Source: an uncultured Alphaproteobacteria bacterium (lineage in GTDB: Bacteria; Pseudomonadota; Alphaproteobacteria; Rhizobiales; Xanthobacteraceae). Taken from it: a stretch of 64,000 bases of DNA. Within the stretch, counting starts at the first letter, position 1, and each line of letters opens with the position of its first letter. Location: the NCBI GenBank assembly GCA_963772885.1, contig CAVYZC010000009.1:133751-197750 (forward strand), given 5' to 3'. Below the pieces are notes generated by a model. It saw only the letters and a program-made list of their open reading frames with translations, searched no databases and was not told where the DNA came from. This document shows, piece after piece, positions 45,515 through 56,462 of the stretch. A program made the translations under genes and the position numbers.

Positions 45515-46274
45515 ATGGCCTCACGCCGCCCGCTGGTCGCGGGCAACTGGAAGATGAACGGGCTCCGGGCCTCGATCGCCGAGCTCGCGGCGATCATCGC
45601 GGGCGCGCCGGCGCTCGCGGCCAAGTGCGATCTGCTGGTCTGTCCGCCGGCGACCCTGATCGCGGCGTTCGCCGAGCAGGCGAGGGGCGCGAAGGTTTCG
45701 ATCGGCGCGCAGGATTGCCATCCGAACGCTTCGGGCGCCCACACCGGCGACCTCTCGGCCGAGATGCTGATGAACGCGGGCGCCAGCGCCGTGATCGTCG
45801 GCCATTCGGAGCGCCGCGCGGATCACGCCGAGACCGACGCGCTGGTGCGCACGAAAGCCGAGGCCGCGCGGCGGGCGGGGCTGCTCGCCATCGTCTGCGT
45901 CGGCGAGACCAAGGCCGAGCGCGACGCCAGGCAAGACGCTCGAGGTGGTCTCGCGCCAGATCGAGGGCTCGGTACCCGACGGGGCCACGCCGGCGAATAT
46001 GGCGATCGCCTATGAGCCGGTCTGGGCCATCGGCACCGGGCTCACGCCCAAGCCGTCGGACATGACCGAGGTGCACAAGCTGATCCGCGAGCGGCTGGTG
46101 CGCCGCTTCGGCGCCGAGGCGGCTGCAACCCGCATCCTCTATGGCGGATCGGTGAAGCCCGACAACGCCGCCGCGCTGCTGCTCGCGCCCGAATGCGACG
46201 GCGCGCTGGTCGGCGGGGCGAGCCTGAAGGCTCAGGATTTTCTCGCCGTTGCGGGGGTGTACGCGTGGGGATGA
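45515..46274 (+). CDS. tpiA: Triose-phosphate isomerase (apparent indel(s) near 45930)
   Basis: [12 protein letters not shown] and VIVGHSERR in ORF 45443... [11 protein letters not shown] and [12 protein letters not shown] in ORF 45945..46274. Confidence 0.92.
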
Positions 46275-46289
46275 TGTGCAACCTGTTTA

Positions 46290-46513
46290 CCTCTCCCCAG
46301 CCGAAGTCGGATATATCCGACTTCGGCCGAATAGTGCCGAACTCGGGCAAGCCCGAGTTCGGTTGGGGAGAGGTCGGCCCGACGAAGCGAAGCGGAGGCG
46401 GGCCGGGTGAGGGGCGTCCGCGGCTCGCTTGCCCCTCACCCGGCTCGCCGTGTCTTCGCGCTGCGCGCTACGGCGGGCTCGCCACCCTCTCCCCGCTGAA
46501 GCGGGGAGAGGGA
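46290..46513. repeat. Large composite A/B-family palindromic repeat
   Basis: The outer pair cctctcccc (46290) / ggggagagg (46365) encloses two perfect inner hairpins (ccgaagtcggatatatccgacttcgg and ccgaactcgggcaagcccgagttcgg). Then come gggtgagggg...cccctcaccc (46406-46440) and ccctctcccc gctgaagc ggggagaggg (46486-46513). Confidence 0.85.
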
Positions 46514-46595
46514 AGATCGCTCGGAACGACGGGTAGCAATCACGGGGTGGAAACCCCACATTCGTTCGTGTAAAGGAACCGCGGCCCGAGGAATC

Positions 46596-46982
46596 ATGCA
46601 AACCGTCATCATCGTCATCCATCTCCTGGTCGTGCTCGCGCTGATCGGCTTCGTGCTGTTGCAGAAGTCCGAAGGCGGCGCGCTCGGCATCGGCGGGGGC
46701 GGCGGCGGATTCATGTCGAGCCGCGGCACCGGCAACGTGCTGACCCGCGTCACCGGCTTCCTGGCCGCCGCGTTCTTCGCCACCAGCCTGATCCTGTCGA
46801 TCCTGGCCGGCTGGGGACGCCAGCCGGCGTCGATCATCCGTACCGGTCCGACCCTGCCCAGCCCGTCCGCGCCGGGGCCGGCCGCGCCGACGAGCGGACC
46901 TTCGATTCTGGATCAGTTGCGGCCGCCCGCACCGGCGACGCCGGCCACGCCCGCCACGCCGCAAGCGCCGCGGTCGCAGTAA
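46596..46982 (+). CDS. secG: Preprotein translocase subunit SecG
   Basis: Intact 128-aa ORF MQTVIIVIHLLVVLALIGFVLLQKSEGGALG with a Pro/Ala-rich tail, in the canonical position after tpiA. Confidence 0.9.
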   Translation: MQTVIIVIHLLVVLALIGFVLLQKSEGGALGIGGGGGGFMSSRGTGNVLTRVTGFLAAAFFATSLILSILAGWGRQPASIIRTGPTLPSPSAPGPAAPTSGPSILDQLRPPAPATPATPATPQAPRSQ

Positions 46983-46992
46983 AACTCAACAA

Positions 46993-47025
46993 GAAGGGCC
47001 GGATTTCCGGCCCTTCGGCTTTTTT
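46993..47025 (+). terminator. Rho-independent terminator after secG
   Basis: gaagggccgg attt ccggcccttc stem-loop followed by ggcTTTTTT. Confidence 0.8.
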
Positions 47026-47084
47026 AGGCATGCGATGCGATTTCGCTCGTCGAATTGCTTTTTGAGGATTAGAGGTTAGGTCCC

Positions 47085-48722
<1,638 letters not shown>

Positions 48723-48742
48723 TTTTCGGATACATTCCGGTC

Positions 48743-49593
48743 ATGGCCCGCGGTCTCGATCATATCGTCCATGCCGTGCGCGATCTGGAAGCCGCCGGCG
48801 CGTTCTATGAGCGGCTCGGCTTCCAGGTCGGCGCGCGCAACCGGCATCCGTGGGGGACGGAGAACCGGCTGGTGCAGTTTCCGGGCTTTTTCTGGAAATC
48901 CTGGCGGTGACGGAACCCGCGAAGATCGGCGGCGCGACGACCTTCGGAGCGTTCAATCAGAAATTCCTGAACGAAGTGGGCGAGGGGCTCTCGGGTCTCG
49001 TGGTCGAGGGGCACGACCCGAAGGGCGAGCACGCGGCGCTCGACGCGGCCGGCTTCGGCGGCATTCCGCTCTTGGAATTCTCCCGCAAGGGCAAGCGCGC
49101 GGATGGCGCGGACGTGGAGGTCGGTTTCAAGATCGCGTTCGCGCGCTATCCGGCCGCGCGCGCACGCGCTGTTTTTCACCAGCAGCAGACCGCCCCGGAA
49201 AGCTTCTGGTCGCCGGCGCTGCAGCGGCATCCGAACGGCGCGCGGCAGATCGCGGCCGCGGTGCTGGTGGCGGAGAATCCGACCGACCATCATATCTTCC
49301 TCGAAGCGCTCACCGGCGTGCGCGACATCCGCGCGACTTCGCTCGGGCTCACGATCCCGACGCCGCGCGGCACGATCCAGGTGATGGACCCGCGCGCGTT
49401 CAAGCAAGCCTTCGGCACCGACGCGCCGAAGGACACCGGGCTGCGGCTGGCGGCGCTGGCCTTTTCGGTCGCCGATGTCGCGGCGACGCGGGCGTTGCTG
49501 GAGCGGAACGGCGTGCCGGCGCGCGAGCAGGCGGGGCGGCTCGTGGTCGGGCCCGAGAAGGCGTTCGGGGCCGTTCTGGCATTCGGGGCATAG
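48743..49593 (+). CDS. VOC (glyoxalase/bleomycin-resistance-like) family protein (one apparent indel near 48895)
   Basis: MARGLDHIVHAVRDLEAAGAFYERLGFQVGARNRHPWGTENRLVQF is in the frame of ORF 48380..48910. The remainder is in ORF 48850..49593. Confidence 0.7.
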
Positions 49594-49617
49594 ATTTCAT
49601 CTACAGTGAAATTTCAC
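49594..49617. promoter_or_regulatory. Overlapping palindromes, candidate operator for the XRE-type HTH
   Basis: ATTTCA-N7-TGAAAT (49594-49612) overlaps the perfect 12-mer GTGAAATTTCAC (49606-49617). AT-rich patch directly abutting the -35 element. Confidence 0.45.
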
Positions 49618-49645
49618 TTGCACGAACACTCATGATCCTTAGAAT
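49618..49645 (+). promoter_or_regulatory. Candidate sigma70 promoter; geometry suggests a leaderless or near-leaderless transcript
   Basis: TTGCAC (49618-49623), 16-nt spacer, TAGAAT (49640-49645). The ATG at 49652 lies 6 nt after the -10 hexamer. Confidence 0.4.
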
Positions 49646-49651
49646 GTGCGC

Positions 49652-49840
49652 ATGACCGAACCGCATCCTCTAACCGCCTGGCGCAAGCGCGACCGCCGCA
49701 CGCTGGTGACGCTGGCCGACGCGCTCGGCTGCGCGCCCTCGCACCTCTCGCAGATCGAAAGCCGCAAGACCAATCCGTCGCTGGCGCTGATTTCCAAGCT
49801 GACGGCGGTCAGCGGCGGCCAGCTCAAGGCCGAGGACTTC
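49652..49840 (+). CDS. XRE/Cro-type helix-turn-helix segment, in frame with kdsA and lacking its own stop codon
   Basis: LTAWRKRDRRTLVTLADALGCAPSHLSQIESRKTNPSLALISKLTAVSGGQL is a textbook HTH_3-like pattern. Reading continues without a stop into the kdsA ATG at 49841 (same frame as track ORF 49646..50674). Confidence 0.6.
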
Positions 49841-50711
49841 ATGCCCGTGGAATCGGCGCCCAGCACGCGCAGCGTTGTCACCGTCGGCAAGGTCAAGTTC
49901 GGCAACGCGCTGCCGCTCGCGATCATCGCGGGCCCTTGCGTCATGGAGAGCCGCGCGCACGCGCTGCAAGTAGCGATGGCGCTCGCCAAGCTCGCGCGCA
50001 AGCTGAAAATCGGTCTCGTGTTCAAGACCTCGTTCGACAAGGCCAACCGCACCTCGGCGCGCGGCGCGCGCGGCGTCGGGCTCGAGGAGGCGCTGCCGAT
50101 TTTCGCCGAGATCCGCGAGCGCATCGGCTTGCCGGTGCTGACCGACGTGCACGAGCCCGAGCAATGCGCGCGCGTGGCGGAGGTCGTCGATGTTTTGCAA
50201 ATCCCGGCCTTCCTCTGCCGGCAGACCGATCTCCTGGTCGCCGCGGCCGAAGACCGGGCGCGTGGTCAACGTGAAGAAGGGCCAGTTCCTCGCGCCCTGG
50301 GACATGAAGAACGTGGTCGACAAGATCACCGGCGCCGGCAATCGCAACGTGCTCGTCACCGAGCGCGGCGCGTCGTTCGGCTACAACACGCTGGTGTCCG
50401 ACATGCGCGCGCTGCCGATCCTGGCGCGCACGACCGGCGCGCCGGTGGTGTTCGACGCGACCCATTCGGTGCAGCAGCCGGGCGGCAAGGGCACGGCCTC
50501 GGGCGGCGAGCGGGAATTCGTGCCGGTGCTGGCGCGCGCGGCGGTCGCGGTCGGCGTCGCCGCCGTCTTTATCGAGACCCATCCCGATCCCGATCGCGCG
50601 CCTTCCGATGGGCCGAACATGGTGCCGCTTGCGGAGATGGAGCGGCTGCTGTCCGACCTCATCGCCTTCGATAAGCTCGCGAAGAAGACGATTCAGCCGC
50701 GCGCGCGATAG
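49841..50711 (+). CDS. kdsA: 3-deoxy-8-phosphooctulonate (KDO-8-P) synthase (one apparent indel near 50255)
   Basis: The internal ATG at 49841 is preceded by a [49 protein letters not shown] and [17 protein letters not shown] 50190..50711 then carries [27 protein letters not shown] and [16 protein letters not shown]. Confidence 0.92.
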
Positions 50712-51145
50712 GGCGCCACACCTTGATCGGGAATCCAGACGCCTGTGGGCGGCTTGCCGGTCTGCCAGAAAATGTCGATCGGGATGCCGCCGCGCGGATA
50801 CCAGTAGCCGCCGATGCGCAGCCATTTGGGCGCCAGGAGCTTCGCGAGGCGCTTGCCGATCCCGACGGTGCAATCCTCGTGGAAAGCGCCGTGGTTCCGG
50901 AAGCTCGCGAGATAGAGCTTCAGCGACTTCGATTCGAGCAGCCATTTCCCGGGCGCGTAGTCGATCACGAGAATCGCGAAGTCCGGCTGGCCGGTGATCG
51001 GGCAGATGGCGGTGAATTCCGGGCAGGTGAAGCGGGCAACGTAATCGGTGTCCGGGTGCGGATTGGGCACGCGGTCGAGCACGGCCTGTTCGGGCGAGGC
51101 GGGCAGCTTCGTGGGCTTGCCGAGCATTAGCGTCTTGCGGGCCAT
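50693..51145 (-). CDS. queF: NADPH-dependent 7-cyano-7-deazaguanine reductase QueF (type I)
   Basis: From the internal ATG at 51145 of track ORF 50693..51247: [15 protein letters not shown]...[20 protein letters not shown]...[10 protein letters not shown]. Its 3' end overlaps the kdsA 3' end by 19 nt (convergent). Confidence 0.9.
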   Translation of the reverse strand: MARKTLMLGKPTKLPASPEQAVLDRVPNPHPDTDYVARFTCPEFTAICPITGQPDFAILVIDYAPGKWLLESKSLKLYLASFRNHGAFHEDCTVGIGKRLAKLLAPKWLRIGGYWYPRGGIPIDIFWQTGKPPTGVWIPDQGVAPYRARG

Positions 51146-51234
51146 CTTGTTCTCCGGCCGGCAAAGTAACCGATCTCGCGTTTCAATGCATGGGCGGCCT
51201 TTGCGCTGGGCCGCCGCTCCTGTAGAAGCGCTAA

Positions 51235-52539
<1,305 letters not shown>

Positions 52540-52607
52540 AACCGCCGCAATCTTTCCCCAATTGCCGCCGAGCCTAGGCTAGGCTGGATTCTAGGCGAGG
52601 GGGCGCG

Positions 52608-53183
52608 ATGACGGCTTTGATCGAAAACCGGAGCAAGCTCATAGCGCTGTCCGCGATCGTAGCGGTCGCGGGCGCGGCGATCCTCTATGCCGTCTGGCGC
52701 GATGCCAACCGGTTGGATTATGCCGTTGATAGCGCGAAATACCTGAAGGGCGTTTCGACATCGCCGCAAACGATCGACGTGACGGTTCCGGCTTCGCCGC
52801 CGTTCATGCCGCGATCGTCCATCGTCGAGTCGGCGGGATTCGGATCGCCGCCGCGCGCCACTTTGCCGACGGACCAAGAAGGCCCGCCGCGTCCAGCGAT
52901 TTCCTGGAGCACGCCAAGGCCGGTGTTCGCCTTGCCGGAGATCCAGACCCCGCCCGATCTCAAGAATCTGACGGGGCTCGATAAGCTTCCGAGCCTGTCC
53001 GGACTTGCCCCGGGCACCTCGTTCCCGATGCCGGCATTGTCGTCGGAGCCGAGCGGAACCACGTTCCGCCTGATCCTGCCGGGGGCGACACCGACGGGAG
53101 CGATCAACTCGCCGGCCGGCTTGCCCGGATCGCTTCCCGGTGGCGTGCTCGGTGCCGCCGGAGGGCTTTTGCCCAAGCGCTGA
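52608..53183 (+). CDS. Hypothetical membrane-anchored Pro/Ser/Gly-rich protein
   Basis: 191-aa ORF with one N-terminal TM (LIALSAIVAVAGAAILYAV) followed by low-complexity proline-rich sequence. No family recognised. Confidence 0.45.
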   Translation: MTALIENRSKLIALSAIVAVAGAAILYAVWRDANRLDYAVDSAKYLKGVSTSPQTIDVTVPASPPFMPRSSIVESAGFGSPPRATLPTDQEGPPRPAISWSTPRPVFALPEIQTPPDLKNLTGLDKLPSLSGLAPGTSFPMPALSSEPSGTTFRLILPGATPTGAINSPAGLPGSLPGGVLGAAGGLLPKR

Positions 53184-53236
53184 CGCGACGAGGGCGCGTT
53201 AACGCCAAGGCAACCGGCGGCCGGGCATAAGGGTCC

Positions 53237-53554
53237 ATGGTCGTGCGCACCCACTTCGGCAGCTTTCTCAAGGGGCTCGCGCTCTATGCGGTCGCGGTCC
53301 TGCTGGTGGGCTATTTCGCCTTCCACGCCTATCACGGCAATCACGGCATCGTGGCCGGGCGAGCCTTCGAGCAGGAGGCGGCGCAACTCGAGCGGGAGCG
53401 CAACGAACTGCGCGCCGAGCGCGAAGGGTGGGAGCGGCGGATCGCGCTGTTGAAGCCCGAAAGCCTCGACCCCGACCTGGTGGATGAGCTCGCCCGGCGC
53501 GACCTGTTCTTTGCCCACCCCAATGATCTCGTGGTGCCGCGACCGGCGCGCTGA
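53237..53554 (+). CDS. ftsB: Septum formation initiator family protein (FtsB/DivIC-like)
   Basis: 105-aa ORF with an N-terminal TM, a coiled coil (EQEAAQLERERNELRAEREGWERRIALL) and the LDPDLVDELARRDL tail. Position between eno and pdhA is typical. Confidence 0.8.
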   Translation: MVVRTHFGSFLKGLALYAVAVLLVGYFAFHAYHGNHGIVAGRAFEQEAAQLERERNELRAEREGWERRIALLKPESLDPDLVDELARRDLFFAHPNDLVVPRPAR

Positions 53555-53695
53555 AACGTCATTGCGCCCAACGCCCGGCGCTTGAAACTCCCTTTCGTTC
53601 GCCATGCGTTTTGCGCTGCACGCTCTGTGGATCACGGCGTGGCGCGGCTTGGCGTTTTACGCTAAGCAATTCACAGCGGAAGATCGAGGAACGCC

Positions 53696-54742
53696 ATGCC
53701 CGTCGCCGCGAAGTCCGCGGAGCCCCAGAAATCGACGGCCCGTTCCGCCGGCAACGGCAAGAGCGAGGCCCGCGTCGCTTCTGCGCTCACGCGCGAGCAG
53801 GAAATCCGCGCTTTTCGGGAGATGCTCACGATCCGCCGCTTCGAGGAGAAGGCCGGACAGCTCTACGGCATGGGGCTGATCGGCGGCTTCTGCCATCTCT
53901 ATATCGGCCAGGAAGCGGTCGTGATCGGCATGCAGATGGCGATCGAAACGGGCGACCAGGTCATCACCGGCTATCGCGATCACGGCCACATGCTGGCCTG
54001 CGGCATGGATCCAAAGGGCGTCATGGCCGAGCTCACCGGTCGCCGCTCCGGTTATTCCAAGGGCAAGGGCGGCTCGATGCACATGTTCTCGGTCGAGAAG
54101 AATTTTTTCGGCGGCCACGGCATCGTCGGTGCGCAGGTCTCGCTCGGCACCGGCATCGCCTTCGCCAACCGCTACCGCGCGAACGGCCGCGTGTGCCTGA
54201 CCTATTTCGGCGACGGCGCCGCCAATCAAGGCCAGGTCTACGAGAGCTTCAACATGGCAGAGCTGTGGAAACTGCCGGTCGTGTACGTGATCGAGAACAA
54301 CCGCTATGCCATGGGCACCTCGGTCGAGCGCTCATCGGCGCAGACCGATTTCTCCAAGCGCGGGCTCTCGTTCGACATCCCCGGCGAGCAGGTCGATGGC
54401 ATGGACGTGCGGGCGGTGAAGGAAGCGGGAGCGCGTGCGGTCGCCTACGCGCGCGGCGGCAAGGGGCCGTACATTCTGGAAATGCAGACCTACCGTTATC
54501 GTGGGCATTCCATGTCCGATCCGGCCAAATACCGGCCGAAGGAAGAACTGAACAAGATCCGCACCGAGAACGACCCGATCGACATGGTGCGCGCGCGCCT
54601 GATCGAGACCAAGCGCGCCAGCGAGGACGAGCTGAAGAAGCTCGAGACCGAAATACGCAACACGATAAACGAGGCTGCCGAATTCGCCTCGCACGACCGC
54701 GAGCCCGATCCTTCGGAGCTGTGGACCGACGTGGTGCGTTGA
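53696..54742 (+). CDS. pdhA: Pyruvate dehydrogenase E1 component alpha subunit
   Basis: Intact 348-aa ORF with [12 protein letters not shown], the TPP-binding region [19 protein letters not shown] and [15 protein letters not shown]. Confidence 0.95.
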   Translation: MPVAAKSAEPQKSTARSAGNGKSEARVASALTREQEIRAFREMLTIRRFEEKAGQLYGMGLIGGFCHLYIGQEAVVIGMQMAIETGDQVITGYRDHGHMLACGMDPKGVMAELTGRRSGYSKGKGGSMHMFSVEKNFFGGHGIVGAQVSLGTGIAFANRYRANGRVCLTYFGDGAANQGQVYESFNMAELWKLPVVYVIENNRYAMGTSVERSSAQTDFSKRGLSFDIPGEQVDGMDVRAVKEAGARAVAYARGGKGPYILEMQTYRYRGHSMSDPAKYRPKEELNKIRTENDPIDMVRARLIETKRASEDELKKLETEIRNTINEAAEFASHDREPDPSELWTDVVR

Positions 54743-54752
54743 GAGGTCGCCC

Positions 54753-56151
54753 GTGCCCATCGAAGTCCTGATGCCGGCGCTCTCTCCCACGATGGAGAAG
54801 GGCAATCTCGCCAAGTGGATCAAGCACGAGGGCGAGAAGGTGAAAGCCGGCGACGTGATCGCCGAGATCGAGACCGACAAGGCCACGATGGAGGTCGAAG
54901 CGGTCGACGAGGGTACGCTCGGGAAAATCCTCGTGCCCGAAGGCACCCAGGACGTGGCGGTCAACACGCCGATCGCGCTGATCCTCGTGGACGGTGAGGC
55001 TGCCTCCGCGCTCAAGCGCGTGGACGTTGCCGCCGAAGAGCGCGCGGCGGAATCCGCACCTCCGGCCAAAGCCCAGATCAACGAAGTTCGAATTTCGCCC
55101 GGCCCGGCGCCGAGCGCGCCACCAACGCCTGCGATCCTGCCGGACACCGACGTGCCGACCGGCACCGAGATGGTGTCGATCAGCGTGCGCGAGGCCTTGC
55201 GCGACGCCATGGCCGAGGAGATGCGCCGCGACAGGGACGTGTTCGTGATCGGCGAAGAAGTCGCGGAATATCAGGGCGCCTACAAGGTGACGCAGGGGCT
55301 GCTGCAGGAGTTCGGCGACAAGCGCGTGATCGATACGCCGATCACCGAGCACGGCTTCGCCGGGCTCGGCGTGGGATCGGCGATGGCGGGATTGAAGCCC
55401 ATCGTCGAGTTCATGACCTGGAATTTCGCCATGCAGGCCATCGACCAGCTGGTCAACTCGGCGGCCAAGACGCTTTACATGTCGGGCGGGCAGATGGCCT
55501 GCTCGATCGTGTTCCGCGGGCCGAACGGCGCCGCGGCGCGCGTCGCCGCCCAGCACAGCCAGGATTTCTCCGCCTGGTACGCGCACATTCCAGGATTGAA
55601 AGTGGTCGCGCCCTACACGGCGGCGGACGCCAAGGGGCTGCTCAAGTCGGCGATCCGCGATCCGAACCCGGTCATCTTCCTCGAGAACGAAATTCTCTAC
55701 GGCAAATCCTTCCCGGTTCCTAAGCTCGACGATTGGACGGTGCCGATCGGCAAGGCGCGCGTGGCGCGGCCAGGCAAGGACGTGACCATCGTCTCCTGGT
55801 CCATCGGCATGACCTACGCGCTGGCCGCGGCCGAGGAGCTGGCGAAGCAGGGCGATCGAGGCGGAGGTCATCGATCTGCGCACGCTGCGCCCCATGGACA
55901 CGGCGACCATCGTCGAGTCGGTGAAGAAAACCAACCGCTGCGTCACGGTGGAGGAGAGCTGGCCGCAATCGGGCATCGGCGCCGAGATCGCCGCGCGCAT
56001 CATGGAGGAGGCGTTCGACTGGCTCGACGCGCCGGTGAAGCGCGTCTCGGCCAAGGACGTGCCGATGCCTTACGCCGCGAATTTGGAGAAGCTCGCGCTG
56101 CCTTCGGTCGCCGAGGTGGTCGAGGCGGCTAAAGCCGTCAGTTATCGCTGA
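54753..56151 (+). CDS. pdhB: Pyruvate dehydrogenase E1 component beta subunit with N-terminal lipoyl domain (one apparent extra base near 55854)
   Basis: Lipoyl domain [16 protein letters not shown]...[15 protein letters not shown]. Transketolase-like core [34 protein letters not shown]. The C-terminus is in ORF 55894..56151. Confidence 0.93.
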
Positions 56152-56160
56152 GGTAAGTCG

Positions 56161-56454
56161 ATGAGCCCTACGTTCGACGCGTTGCACGTCCCCCCTACTG
56201 CATTAGAACAGGGAGGAACCGAAGTGCTGCGCGCGGCGATCGTGGACGGGGCGCTGCATATATCGCTTCGTCGCGCATTCGATGATCCGCAGGCGTGGGG
56301 GATACTGCTTGCCGATGTTACGCGCCATGTTGCGCGTATCTATGCGGCCGAAAACGAAGCGGCCGAGGAGATTACGATCGAACGCATCCGCTTAATGTTT
56401 GACGCCGAGATGGATGCACCGAGCGACCCCGGAACCATAAGCGCGATCAGTTGA
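56161..56454 (+). CDS. Small conserved-looking hypothetical protein (DUF5076-like by memory)
   Basis: Intact 97-aa ORF ...GGTEVLRAAIVDGALHISLRRAFDDPQAWGILLADVTRHVARIYA..., lower GC than its neighbours, wedged between pdhB and pdhC. Confidence 0.55.
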   Translation: MSPTFDALHVPPTALEQGGTEVLRAAIVDGALHISLRRAFDDPQAWGILLADVTRHVARIYAAENEAAEEITIERIRLMFDAEMDAPSDPGTISAIS

Positions 56455-56462
56455 GCGGCGCC

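Noticed and set aside
44594-46513. CRISPR array suggested by many recurring short palindromes
   Set aside because: The repeats are inverted (hairpin-forming), of variable length, irregularly spaced and in mixed orientation. There are no uniform spacers and no cas genes. They are REP/MITE-like elements, not a CRISPR array.
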